Below, in pieces: positions 38,634 through 48,091 of a stretch of DNA of 48,091 bases. Made by a program: the position numbers and the translations under genes. Numbering within the stretch: position 1 is the stretch's first letter; each line of letters opens with the position of its first letter. A model generated the notes under the pieces. The model worked only from the letters and a program-made list of their open reading frames with translations. It ran no database searches and was not told the origin of the DNA. Origin of the DNA: Candidatus Heimdallarchaeota archaeon (GTDB lineage: Archaea > Asgardarchaeota > Heimdallarchaeia > JABLTI01); contig JABCTZ010000040.1 in assembly GCA_018238155.1 (NCBI GenBank), forward strand, positions 1-48,091. The letters run 5' to 3'.

Positions 38634-39257
38634 ATGCACTCTGAATTATCGACTCTGTACCGTTTAAAGAGGAAGGACGCAAAAAAAGCTGCAGCAGTTT
38701 TTTCACGTGCGTTCCAGGACGATTTACTGGCACAAGTTATGCTCCCGGATGAAGATTTTAGGCGAAAGACCCTACCAACCTATTTTACATATCGAATTAC
38801 CTATGGTATTCTTTATGGTGAGGTTTATGCCCCTTCTCCAGCAATAGAAGGTTTGTCTGTCTGGTACCTAAGCGATCAATACCAAATGACCAATTGGCGA
38901 AATATGCTTGCAGGTGGAATGAAGTTGATGTTCAGTGTGGATAAAGAAACACTAAATCGTATGAATGCCATTGGGCACTATACTACCGAGTTGCGAAATA
39001 ATTACACTTCTGAAAAGTATTGGTACCTTGCACCGATTGGCATTGACCCTTCTTTCCAAGGAAAAGGTTTGGCTAGTAAACTGATGCGTGCTATGCTTGC
39101 TCGCATTGACTCTGAAAAGCTAATAACTCTACTGGAAACCCAAGATGAAAACAACGTTAAAATCTATAATAGATATGGTTTTGAAGTTGTCAAAGAAACT
39201 ACTTTACTTGATACGGATGTCCCCCATTGGTTGATGAGTAGACCTACTAGTGAATAG
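38634..39257 (+). CDS. GNAT family N-acetyltransferase
   Basis: YWYLAPIGIDPSFQGKGLASKLM, LET..NVKIYNRYGF. Confidence 0.9.
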   Translation: MHSELSTLYRLKRKDAKKAAAVFSRAFQDDLLAQVMLPDEDFRRKTLPTYFTYRITYGILYGEVYAPSPAIEGLSVWYLSDQYQMTNWRNMLAGGMKLMFSVDKETLNRMNAIGHYTTELRNNYTSEKYWYLAPIGIDPSFQGKGLASKLMRAMLARIDSEKLITLLETQDENNVKIYNRYGFEVVKETTLLDTDVPHWLMSRPTSE

Positions 39258-39346
39258 AACCCACAAGACTCTATTATTTCTAATGTCTTTCTTGAATACT
39301 TATATTTAAATATCTCAAGGAAGCATTTTCTCTTAGAGAAAAGTTT

Positions 39347-39970
39347 TTGGAAATGGATAATTCGTTCTCATCAAATAAAAATTTAAAATCTGGAAAGAAG
39401 GTAAAAATTACTCAACGTTATGCTGTTTTTGTTTATTTTTCCATCAGCTACTATATTATTATGGCAGCCATAATAATTACATTAGTCGCAACTAAAATCT
39501 TTGATCCCTTATATCTAGGCATACTAATCTCTTTGATGCTCATATTCGGAATCACTTGTTGGGTTTCGGCATCTTCAGTGTTAATTGCCATCGATTGGAA
39601 TATGTTTGTGATAAGTTCTGATGGGATAAAATTCTGTGGGTTAACTAGAAGAAGGTTTTTCAAATGGAAAAACATTCGATCTTGCTCTCTAAAATACGAA
39701 AGGGAAATTAGATCTAATCTTAATGGAAGGAAGAGTTGGGTTTCCAAGCGGATATTAACCTTCAGGTTAACTCCTTTAGAAGGTGAAATCCAATCAATGG
39801 CTATTTCCTACAAACCAAAATTGCGTCCTATTTTTCGCTCGAAAAATGAGGAGGAAAAATTTTTAGCGCTCATACAAAGTATCATTGAATGTTTTGCTGT
39901 TGAACCTGTTGTAAATCGAGATACGTATCACTGGTATCTTCAAGAAGAAGATAATGAAGAGAAATCATAG
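39347..39970 (+). CDS. Hypothetical membrane protein (2 TM + PH-like domain)
   Basis: Two hydrophobic helices followed by ISSDGIKF..FKWKNI. Confidence 0.65.
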   Translation: MEMDNSFSSNKNLKSGKKVKITQRYAVFVYFSISYYIIMAAIIITLVATKIFDPLYLGILISLMLIFGITCWVSASSVLIAIDWNMFVISSDGIKFCGLTRRRFFKWKNIRSCSLKYEREIRSNLNGRKSWVSKRILTFRLTPLEGEIQSMAISYKPKLRPIFRSKNEEEKFLALIQSIIECFAVEPVVNRDTYHWYLQEEDNEEKS

Positions 39971-40056
39971 TAGAACACTCAGAATATTTTGATGAAGATA
40001 GAATAATCTTTAGTTAAAGCATTTGACTAAAAAGAACAACTCTCAGGATGGAGAGT

Positions 40057-41247
40057 TTATCTTTCCCTTCTTTTTAGCAGAGAGCTTGGTAATCTTCTGA
40101 CGAGTTTTTTCCAGGTAGTTTTGTAATCAATGTAACCAAAAATCGAATCAGTTAGTATAACCATTAGTTTTGGATCTTTTGAAGCTAGTTTTACAAAAAA
40201 TTCCATTTGATTATTACCCCTATAGAATATTCCTTGAAGCATCTTTGCATACTTGGATAAATCATGACCAAAATCATCAACCCAGCGTCGCTGATATTCT
40301 CGTAATGATTTTGCTGAAAAATCATTCTTTGAAAGAGCTTTAACGGCGGTTTCAGCAGCAAGCTTACCTGAAATTAATCCATAACAGATCCCTTCCCCTG
40401 AGAGAGCGGAAACCATCCAAGCAGCATCACCAATTATCATCACTCGATTAGCATAGGTTTTTTTTCTTGGAGCGGAAAATGGTATCAAATGCCCTCTTGG
40501 TTTTTCTGGTTTGAAATCTCCCAAGTTGAAATATTCTTTGGTCGTTTCAACGAATTTCTCAAATTCCACTCTTGCATGAGAAAGGTATTTCCTCGTACAG
40601 CCTATCCCGATATTTAATACCCCATTTTTCGGAAACACCCAACCGTACCCTCGAGACACGGGACCAAAGAAGAGACTGATAAATCTTTTTTTGGAAAAGT
40701 GTTTGTCTAACAAATCATTTGACATTGGAGTTTCTGAATTCATAGTAAGTGCAGTTGATTTTTGACTGTACATCCTCTTGAACCCAAACATCCTTGGGAG
40801 CTTTGAATTAACTCCATTAGCAATCACCAAAACCTTTCCTTGGTGAACAGATGTATCTGTAGTGATTTCTATACAGTTGGAACCATAATTCGCTTGTTTA
40901 ACATTTTCTTGTTTAAACTCAGCACCAGCTTCAATGGCTTTTTTCCTTAAATTATTATCAAAATCCTTTCGTGAAGCTAAATATGCAACATCTCCATCTC
41001 CACACCTAGCTTCGTATTTCAAGGAGGGAGAGACTATATGTAAACCGGCAATTCTATTTGAAGTTGAAAGTAGAATATCCTTTTCTGTTATCGTTTTTAG
41101 TACTTTTACCCCTAATGCTCCTCCACAAGCTTTGTCCCTTGGAAATTTCTGTTTATCTAATAGAAGAACATCTAAACCCTTTTTCGCAGCGGTATAAGCG
41201 CTCGTTGAACCCGCAGGACCGCTTCCAACAATTATCAAGTCTTTCAT
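40057..41247 (-). CDS. Geranylgeranyl reductase family FAD-dependent oxidoreductase
   Basis: IVGSGPAGS, FPRDKACGG, R..FD..L, GYGWVFPK, IGDAA, SGEGI. Confidence 0.93.
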   Translation of the reverse strand: MKDLIIVGSGPAGSTSAYTAAKKGLDVLLLDKQKFPRDKACGGALGVKVLKTITEKDILLSTSNRIAGLHIVSPSLKYEARCGDGDVAYLASRKDFDNNLRKKAIEAGAEFKQENVKQANYGSNCIEITTDTSVHQGKVLVIANGVNSKLPRMFGFKRMYSQKSTALTMNSETPMSNDLLDKHFSKKRFISLFFGPVSRGYGWVFPKNGVLNIGIGCTRKYLSHARVEFEKFVETTKEYFNLGDFKPEKPRGHLIPFSAPRKKTYANRVMIIGDAAWMVSALSGEGICYGLISGKLAAETAVKALSKNDFSAKSLREYQRRWVDDFGHDLSKYAKMLQGIFYRGNNQMEFFVKLASKDPKLMVILTDSIFGYIDYKTTWKKLVRRLPSSLLKRRER

Positions 41248-41525
41248 TTGCTTTTCTCCTTTTCTTTGAAGTAGATTTCTTTGGTACCAATTAATTCATT
41301 ATAAATAATGATTTCTGAAAAAATCTTACTTTAGGATAATCTAATCGATTTTTTTAGTTAAATTTTTTGTTGAAAAGGAGGAGAATACAGAAACCAAAAT
41401 CTAAAAATTCACTTAAACGTTGTTGTTTCTGAAGAATAAATCATTTTTTTTAACTCACTTTCTAAAGGCGAATTCAAATTAATAAAGAATAATAAATTTG
41501 TTAGTAGAAGAATTGAGTGATTAGA

Positions 41526-41879
41526 ATGAAGATTTTACTAATTATTAATGATGCATCATACGGAACCGAAAAAGCATTCAATGCTATGCGGTTAGCCATG
41601 ACTTTGCAAAAAGAACACAAAGATGTAGAAGTAAATGTTTTTCTGCTTGCGGATGCCGTTACTTGTGCAATACCCAATCAGCAAACACCAGACGGATACT
41701 ATAATTTAGAGCGAATGTTGAAATCAGTTATTCGGAAAGGTGGGGAAATCAAGGCTTGTGGTGGCTGTCTCAATGCAAGAGGATTAAAAGAAGTTGGTTT
41801 AATTGAAGGCATAGAGAGTAGTACTATGACCCAACTAACACAATGGACGTATGATGCTGATAAAGTCATCACGTTCTGA
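41526..41879 (+). CDS. DsrE/YchN family protein
   Basis: YGTEKAFNAMRLA, VFLLADAV, CGGCLNARG, ADKVITF. Confidence 0.88.
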   Translation: MKILLIINDASYGTEKAFNAMRLAMTLQKEHKDVEVNVFLLADAVTCAIPNQQTPDGYYNLERMLKSVIRKGGEIKACGGCLNARGLKEVGLIEGIESSTMTQLTQWTYDADKVITF

Positions 41880-41953
41880 TAATTTGTGAAACAAGATAAG
41901 AAAAGGGAAAAGAAGAAATTTCAGCTGGACAAACAACTGAAATTTAATTCCTT

Positions 41954-42430
41954 TTATTCATAAATCCTTACAGGAGGAGAGGGCAAAACGTATGGAAATG
42001 AGAAATGCATCTGATGAAAGAGCCAACTATTGCTCTCAGAATCCAACACAGCAGTGAACCTAAAGGGAAAAATATACTTGTCACCTTTCTTTGTGTGATT
42101 AAGATAGAAGGTAGCAGAACTAATAATATCCCACATCTTATCATCAGGATTTTTATCTTGATTTTCAATATTATTTTTAATTTGGGCTTGCATCCATTGA
42201 TAAACATCTGAAGATTGCAATTCCATAGTCAATTTACCTGTCATACTAATCCAGGCAACAGCATCTTTTACATTGATTTTAGCGTCTTTATAATCGTAAC
42301 TCCAAATACCAGGGCTATTCCAATCGCTTAGGAAAATTTCTTTGGCACCTGTAGAACCATACTTCCATTCCTTATAGGCAGTACCAATAATAAGAGATCC
42401 ATCACTAGGAGTATGGAATTGCTTTATCAT
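41954..42430 (-). CDS. SnoaL/NTF2-like domain protein, possibly 5'-truncated
   Basis: IIGT..EW..G, VAWI, RFTAVL..WLFHQMHFSFP. Confidence 0.7.
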   Translation of the reverse strand: MIKQFHTPSDGSLIIGTAYKEWKYGSTGAKEIFLSDWNSPGIWSYDYKDAKINVKDAVAWISMTGKLTMELQSSDVYQWMQAQIKNNIENQDKNPDDKMWDIISSATFYLNHTKKGDKYIFPFRFTAVLDSESNSWLFHQMHFSFPYVLPSPPVRIYE

Positions 42431-42660
42431 TAGACATTTTCTTCACAAACTGAATTTTCATCTATATTGGTAATAGATGGTCACCTATAAAAAATAAATT
42501 GAGGAATAGTGACCACTCGAAAATTAACAGAACAGAAAAAGCAATCAAAGATATTCCTCAAATATGATACCCTCAACCTCTATTCTATAGAAAACATTGG
42601 TATCAAAATTACTGAAAATAGTACTGTTTTTTTATCATAAAAAACAATAGTACATTATGA

Positions 42661-42795
42661 GAGAAAGCAATAGAAAATTTAGTGGAAGCAACAGAATTAT
42701 ATCTCGAGGAATTCCCAATGACAACAGATAGGCACACCATAATCACTACTTTTGAAATTTCACCAAAGGGAGTAGATAAGATTGCCAAAGTTTAA
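42661..42795 (+). pseudogene. hicB: C-terminal remnant of a HicB antitoxin
   Basis: EKAIENLVEATELYLEEFPMTTDRHTIITTFEI, with an in-frame stop immediately upstream (42658-42660). Confidence 0.7.
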
Positions 42796-42982
42796 ACCTG
42801 TTCCTGAGGAAGTAGTAGAAAAAAATGACCAAAGATTCTTGTGTAGAGTAGTCCAAGGAAAGTTAATAATAGAAAGGATAGCTTCTGTTGAAGAACTACT
42901 AGAGAAACCAGCAAAAGTCACAATTACCTTTGAAGAATTCAAAGAACATAGAAGGAAGTTAAGCAGGGAAGCAGAACAATGA
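42782..42982 (+). pseudogene. Chimeric TA remnant: HicA-like N-terminus fused to an AbrB/VapB-like C-terminus
   Basis: MPKFKPV (HicA-like start overlapping the hicB end), then FLCRVVQGKLIIERIASVEELLEKPAKVTITFEEF..RRKLSREAE. Confidence 0.5.
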
Positions 42983-43075
42983 TGTTATTTGTGTAACTCT
43001 AAATGAGTGATTTTGGAAAAGTGTTCGAGGCTATTCGTTAGTAATAAAGAGCCATTAAAGAACTATCAAGCACAA

Positions 43076-43279
43076 TTACTTCCCTCGAGTGGAACGTTTC
43101 AAGGCATCAATTTCTTCAGTAGGAATGTCAGCCCAAACACCAGCAAGACCAATAAGGTCCATAATATTAGGTTTTTCAAGGAGGCGTTTGATGAAAGTAC
43201 TAAAGGATTCATCTGAAGGTTTCTTATCTTTGAGAAGCTCATAAACTTCAGAGGTTAAACTAACAGATCTATAACCCAT
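43076..43279 (-). CDS. vapB: VapB-type antitoxin, followed by a PIN toxin stub
   Basis: RSVSLTSEVYELLKDKK..ESFS..IKRLL..LAGVW; overlapping downstream stub VIVLDSSLMALYY-stop. Confidence 0.8.
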   Translation of the reverse strand: MGYRSVSLTSEVYELLKDKKPSDESFSTFIKRLLEKPNIMDLIGLAGVWADIPTEEIDALKRSTRGK

Positions 43280-43483
43280 GGAAATCAATCCTATAAGATA
43301 TAATAATGGATAAAATATTTAATCACATCGGTTAAAAAGAGAAGGTTACGAAGTATTTTCAATATAAGATTGAAGCAAGAGGATTAACTGATGACAAACT
43401 GGGAACTTCTAATTAGGTTACAATATTTGACTTTTTTTATTTTAATCATTGACCAAAAACAATGGCAACATTGTGTACCTCAC

Positions 43484-43966
43484 TTAGCTTTTTAGTGAAG
43501 TAAATTTTGATTCATCGAATACCTCTCCTTTTTGTAATATCAGAGGTGGATCAAACACAGGATCAATTCGATGAAGACTTGACATTCTTAACAAGTTTTT
43601 ATCATTAGTAGCAATCGTTTCAACATCTTTTGTTAGCATACTCGCTAATATTAGGCAATCTCGTCCACCAACTCCTTTACTTCGATTTGACTTGAAAAAC
43701 TCTAACGCTATTAACATAATACCATTATCGACAGGCACAAAGGTGATATTTTCCTGGGTCACCCATTTTAAAATTAGCTTTTCTGTGGAGATTTTGTCTA
43801 ATTTGGGAACCGCATAGAGATTATGGGAGACTTCAAGGGGGATTATCGTACTAAGCATAATTTATTCATTTGCCAAGATTCCTTCGAACCATTTCTGAAC
43901 ACTGGTATTTTCTATGGCATTGGAATCAAAATAATAGAACCAGATTTGACTGTCAATTTTAATCAT
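43484..43966 (-). pseudogene. vapC: VapC/PIN toxin with in-frame premature TAA at 43862-43864
   Basis: MIKIDSQIWFYYFD...ILANE*IMLSTIIPLEV...GGRDCLILASM...IATNDKNL. Confidence 0.85.
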
Positions 43967-43984
43967 CACGAGTTTCCTCCAAAC

Positions 43985-44215
43985 CTAAAACAATTTTTCT
44001 GTTGGAATGGAATCAGTAGTTAACTTTCTTAGTTTTTCTTGAAAAGATTCAAGCTCAGATTGAAGGTCGCCTAAGGATGTAGCTCGAAGTAAAACTAACC
44101 GCCCAGCTTCTACTTTAAGAAATAACTTGGAGCCTGGTTTGATGTTTAGTCTTTTACGAATTTCTTTAGGAATTAAAATTCTACCTTTTGTATCAACAAT
44201 TATATCAGAACCCAT
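43985..44215 (-). CDS. AbrB/MazE/SpoVT family antitoxin
   Basis: VDTKGRILIPKEIRKRLNIKPG; ATG 44215 after GGTGGA. Confidence 0.9.
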   Translation of the reverse strand: MGSDIIVDTKGRILIPKEIRKRLNIKPGSKLFLKVEAGRLVLLRATSLGDLQSELESFQEKLRKLTTDSIPTEKLF

Positions 44216-44440
44216 AAGAAGTCCACCAAGTGTACTGGGTGGAAATGAGAAGATAAATTTAACTGACGGATAAGTTAGTGGATTGAGAATTTCAGAAATT
44301 AAATTAGAAAAAATCTTTTCAAACTCACACAAGAGGAAAAAATTCATAAAGTTACACAAACACTCTGGGAAGAAATCAATGATTCATAATTAAACGTTTA
44401 AATACTAAGAAAAAACAAATTAATCTTGGACAGTTTAACT

Positions 44441-45772
44441 ATGAAAGGAGTTATTACCAGAGGAATATTATTTGGAATATTAATTCTAGTTGCTTTTAAC
44501 CAACCTCAATGTTATGTTGATGCTACTATCACTCAACAAGCAGAGAATGGATGGTCAAATTATCAAGCAATTAGTGACATTAACGATGTTAGCCCATTAC
44601 CAATTATGTTATATGACAACAATGATATGACATTCATTTTATGGCGGTCAAATAATGTAACTACAGCCAAGTCAACTTTTTGTTACAGAATTATATTTAA
44701 TAATGGAACACTAACCGATACAATGACCATTGCTGAATTTAGCTATGATCATCCCTATACTTCTATGGGGGTAAATACTCATGTAGCAGGTATCGATTAT
44801 CTTAACAGAATTAATTTTCTCTTTTACTACAAAACCAGTAGCAAATTCATTCATGTACGATATGAGGATCATGTTTGGGCAACGATTAGTGAGGTAGATA
44901 TCCCTTATAACCCAGTATGTTTAATGAACGATGAAAACAACAACCTGCGACTCATTTACAAAGTGATGGTAGATGATGTCGAGAATCTTTATGAAAAAAT
45001 CTTTGATGGGGAAAATTGGTCAGAAGAACAGCAAATTACCCCTCACCAAAAAACCGCTGATACTACAGTCATTTTTACTTATGCAACGGATTATGCAGCA
45101 GGAAAAGAAGGGAAAATAGCCATTGTTCTAACATATGCAGAATTTTTTACAAATGGTAGTTATAAAGAAGAAATTCACTGTTTACATCGCAAAAATAGCT
45201 GGCAACTTGATGTTATTGCAGAAAATGGTATGCTTCCAGGACCGACTTGCGATATTGATGAGACAGGAACTTTACACGTTGGCTATTTATCAGATTCCAA
45301 GGCTTACGAGATGTATTATCTAACGTATAATAGTTCTTGGTCAGAAGCAATCAAATTAAGTGTAACATGGCCATTAAGTTTTGGCAATATAGATCTATCT
45401 GTTTGTGGTTCATCAATCTTCTTACTAAATCCCACTGACAGAATTATAGATGCTACGCTGACTGGAGAAACGAGGATTTATGCTATAGAGGACGATACTT
45501 TAGTAGAGTTAGACTTTGTTCATACCAGTAATGAAACTTGTCCAGTCGAATATTCAACAGGTTTGGCAATACCAAATGAGAATTTTTATATCTTAACAAA
45601 TGAATATGACCAAGAAGATCCAACGAATTATACTTTATTCTTTGGTTATCAAACAAACTTCTTTACCTATCAAGAACTATCTATTTTTGAGATAAATTTG
45701 TATTTCTTTGGGGCAATTCTAATTGTTATGCCAATACTTATTTTTTATAAGAAGAGGAGAAAGAGCTACTAA
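44441..45772 (+). CDS. Secreted beta-propeller-like protein with C-terminal membrane anchor
   Basis: Signal peptide; repeated W(S) turn motifs (DGENWS, NSSWS, DETGTLHVGY); C-terminal TM followed by KKRRKSY. Confidence 0.75.
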   Translation: MKGVITRGILFGILILVAFNQPQCYVDATITQQAENGWSNYQAISDINDVSPLPIMLYDNNDMTFILWRSNNVTTAKSTFCYRIIFNNGTLTDTMTIAEFSYDHPYTSMGVNTHVAGIDYLNRINFLFYYKTSSKFIHVRYEDHVWATISEVDIPYNPVCLMNDENNNLRLIYKVMVDDVENLYEKIFDGENWSEEQQITPHQKTADTTVIFTYATDYAAGKEGKIAIVLTYAEFFTNGSYKEEIHCLHRKNSWQLDVIAENGMLPGPTCDIDETGTLHVGYLSDSKAYEMYYLTYNSSWSEAIKLSVTWPLSFGNIDLSVCGSSIFLLNPTDRIIDATLTGETRIYAIEDDTLVELDFVHTSNETCPVEYSTGLAIPNENFYILTNEYDQEDPTNYTLFFGYQTNFFTYQELSIFEINLYFFGAILIVMPILIFYKKRRKSY

Positions 45773-46242
45773 TTCTCCTTGTAATTTTTTTTACAGAAAC
45801 AAAAAATCTCTTCAAACTCACACTAATTCTATCTAACTCGAAAATTACACGAGGTTTGGGAAACAGCTTTACTTTTCTAATTTTAAAAAATTATTAATTG
45901 ATAGTTTGAATACTGATACTTTTAAAATAAATAATGAATATAATAAGATGAAAGGCAAATAATAATGAAAATGATTACAAGGAAAAAAGGGAAGCGGATA
46001 ATAAAAAGGATAAATTTACCTTATTATGGGGAACGTAAGAAAATTAGTCTAATATTCTCACATACTTCATTTAAACTAACCGAGCAAACAGAAAGAGATC
46101 TAGAAATCATTCACAAAGTTCAACGTTTTGATTATCCTGTAAATTCAATGCCTAGTAAAATGAGTTGATGAATCTTATGCACTGGCAGCAAATAAAAATG
46201 AAAAAGATGGATGAAGAGTAATAGAAAATAGAAGAAAATAAT

Positions 46243-46308
46243 TGGTGGGCGATCCCGGATGTGTCCAGAAACAAGTCGCAACTTGAATCTCTTGAACCGG
46301 GGATGTCC
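46243..46308 (-). tRNA. 3' tRNA fragment (variable loop, T-arm, acceptor 3' strand, CCA) with a 31-nt intron at position 58/59; no 5' half adjacent
   Basis: Minus strand GGACATC-CCCGG-TTCAA-[GAGATTCAAGTTGCGACTTGTTTCTGGACAC]-AT-CCGGG-ATCGCCC-A-CCA. Removing 46261-46291 restores T-stem CCCGG/CCGGG and T-loop TTCAAAT. Confidence 0.72.
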
Positions 46309-46614
46309 TTTTTTTTATAAGACTCATTAATTTTTTTAGCATTTATTTCAGCAGAAAATCTTTCACGTCGTTTTGTCCAAACTGAAAATGAGTTATTACT
46401 TCTTGAATTTTCAGAAATTTTTTATTTTTGAGTCGATAACTTAATCGCAATTACCACATTTGTTTTTCTCTTTTCTTTATTCACTTTCTTCCAGTATTTT
46501 AGCAGTGTTACTGTTATGCATGTGTACTGCATTGAGGTGACAAAGTCTATGTGAATTTTAATTTTTAAAAAAAATAGATGAATAAGAAAAAATACCTTTT
46601 CTTATTCTAAAGTA

Positions 46615-47358
46615 TCACGTTGCACTCGAGCTTTTTGTGAGACCTTTGACAATCAAGAATAATTCTACAAAAATTATTAGTAGAAAAATTCCGAATACAA
46701 TTTGGAATGAATAGAAAATAACCTCAGAATTAAATGGTGTAAGAATAAACTCTAATAGTATTAAGATAAACAATGCAATAATATTAGCAATTTGAATATA
46801 CGAAGTAATCAAAGGTTTAGTTTTAATGTCATATCTGGTTTTCAATTTTTTTAGTGCAAAATTTAGAACAACTACAGCTATTGTAAGAAGAATCCAAAAA
46901 ATAATTACTGAAATCATTGAGATTCTAAATAGGATTGTTGAAGGTGATGGATAACTAGTGATTTCTACTTTACCAATAAATGTTAGTAGAAAGAAATTAA
47001 TTATTCCGCCTACTAATTTAGGTATCAATGACACTAGAAATAAAATAGGTGCCATATTTAATAGTACACGATCACCCGTTGGTGAATGACCATTAATTCT
47101 AATTAAACCAATAGATGCAATGATAATTCCGGTAATATGTAAAAGTAAAGCTACTGTTAATAGAGAATACATTGAAATGACATACAATGTATAGGTAATT
47201 TCCTTTATTCCTAAAATTATCCACATAATATTTAATATTATTTCAAACAAAATACCAACACAAAAAAGTGTTAACCCAATTTTTAGCTGTTTCGCTAATG
47301 AATTTGTTTCATCTAATATCAAAGACTCAAGTAATAAATCCTTTTTTTCATTTAACAT
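46615..47358 (-). CDS. Hypothetical six-TM membrane protein
   Basis: Six long hydrophobic segments; SD GGTGA upstream. Confidence 0.75.
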   Translation of the reverse strand: MLNEKKDLLLESLILDETNSLAKQLKIGLTLFCVGILFEIILNIMWIILGIKEITYTLYVISMYSLLTVALLLHITGIIIASIGLIRINGHSPTGDRVLLNMAPILFLVSLIPKLVGGIINFFLLTFIGKVEITSYPSPSTILFRISMISVIIFWILLTIAVVVLNFALKKLKTRYDIKTKPLITSYIQIANIIALFILILLEFILTPFNSEVIFYSFQIVFGIFLLIIFVELFLIVKGLTKSSSAT

Positions 47359-47429
47359 TTCACATCACCAAGATTTTATCATTTTGACATTTCAAAGACA
47401 ATATAATGAATAATAACCATTCATTGGTT

Positions 47430-47534
47430 TTAGTGTTCAAAAGATCCGCCGCCTCCTCCTCCACTACCAGGATAATCTGAGAAATCATTTGGATCAAAAC
47501 AATAAATCCAGATTTGACTATCAATGGTAATCAT
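47430..47534 (-). pseudogene. Truncated VapC N-terminus fused to an unrelated Gly-rich tail
   Basis: MITIDSQIWIYCFDPN (paralogous to the 43966 start), then DFSDYPGSGGGGGGSFEH-stop. Confidence 0.7.
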
Positions 47535-47552
47535 CAACTAATTCCTCCAGTG

Positions 47553-47783
47553 TTAAAACATTTTTTCTGTTGGAATAGGATCATTAGTTAACTTTCTAAG
47601 TTTTCCTTGAAAAGCTTCAATCTCGGATTGAAAATCGCTTAAAGAGGTAGCTCTTAGTATAACTAACCGATTATCTTCTATTTTAAGAAACAACCTAGTT
47701 CCTAGTTTGATGTTTAACCTTTTACGAATTTTTTTTGGAATTAGAATTCTACCTTTTGTGTCAACTATAATATCTGAATCCAA
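47553..47783 (-). CDS. AbrB/MazE/SpoVT family antitoxin, paralog of 43985-44215
   Basis: SDIIVDTKGRILIPKKIRKRLNIK...RATSL...IPTEK.F, colinear with the first copy. Confidence 0.9.
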   Translation of the reverse strand: MDSDIIVDTKGRILIPKKIRKRLNIKLGTRLFLKIEDNRLVILRATSLSDFQSEIEAFQGKLRKLTNDPIPTEKMF

Positions 47784-47933
47784 GGTATTTCCACCGAGTA
47801 CACATAGTGAGAAAGAATCTATAAACTTAATGTTTGATTTTTGTATTGAGAGCTTTTGATATTAAACAAGAAAAAAGAATAACAAAAATAAAAATTGAAA
47901 ATCTTGTGAAATGACCTGTGGAGGTGCTAGAAA

Positions 47934-48091
47934 ATGACAAGTAGAAATTTGAATGGCTTAAGAGAAGCAGGAATAGAAGTTTTGAAAAGAGAACTAGGAG
48001 TAACAGATATGATACGATTTTTGCAAATGTTCGAAAAAGGGGAAGGGGATTATACGAAAGAAAAGAGTGGTTAAAAGAATTATCAATAGAG
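47934..48091 (+). pseudogene. Small antitoxin-like protein of the type usually paired with PIN toxins, frameshifted near 48062
   Basis: SD GGAGGTG; LREAGIEVLKRELGVTDMIRFLQMFEKGEGDYTKE then a stop at 48072-48074, while another frame continues EWLKELSIE. Confidence 0.55.

Noticed and set aside
43862-43864. Stop-codon recoding in vapC
   Set aside because: The codon is TAA, not TGA/TAG, and neighbouring toxins are also decayed.
44216-44359. N-terminal extension of the AbrB ORF
   Set aside because: The paralog at 47553-47783 and the SD position show the start is at 44215.
521-45323. Numerous short antisense/overlapping ORFs in the six-frame track (e.g. 521-931, 14901-15248, 25134-25457, 35623-35979)
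   Set aside because: Shadow ORFs opposite or inside well-supported genes, with no motifs.
45965-46168. 67-aa ORF
   Set aside because: No motif or clear family; may be spurious.
46244-46316. Plus-strand intrinsic terminator or SECIS element
   Set aside because: A hairpin plus T-run exists, but the minus strand gives an exact T-arm, CCA and BHB geometry; no SECIS core or selenoprotein gene is evident.

Overview
AT-rich archaeal genomic window, most likely from an Asgard (Heimdallarchaeia-like) archaeon. This is inferred from BRE/TATA promoters, GGTGA-type ribosome-binding sites, a geranylgeranyl reductase, a REC-PAS-PAS kinase, a NosD-repeat protein and a TPR-CHAT protein. The left half (~0.26-24.6 kb) is a layered defence island with three parts. 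(i) An orphan type III-C CRISPR effector operon (cmr1-cmr6-cas10/csx11-cmr4-cmr5-cas5-like; no cas1/2/6 or array seen), flanked by a membrane-anchored helicase-nuclease and a PD-(D/E)XK nuclease. This whole block sits between the N- and C-terminal remnants of what looks like one broken UvrD-nuclease gene. (ii) A TPR-CHAT caspase-like protease. (iii) A seven-gene co-oriented cluster: a DpdC/YaaA-like protein with a canonical C-terminal PCNA-binding (PIP) box, an Mrr-AIPR protein, an unknown protein, a DpdA-like guanine transglycosylase, two SPPY amino-methyltransferases and a PD-(D/E)XK endonuclease. Cluster (iii) is the best candidate for an undescribed system: hybrid 7-deazaguanine plus methylation restriction-modification, possibly clamp-coupled. 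The right half holds a Dna2-like nuclease-helicase, secreted/membrane proteins, housekeeping enzymes, a graveyard of toxin-antitoxin remnants, and a 3' tRNA fragment with a bulge-helix-bulge intron in its T-loop (probable att site). A ~240-bp promoter/leader is repeated at 11-249 and 34931-35181. All family calls come from motif recognition by eye; no database searches were run.
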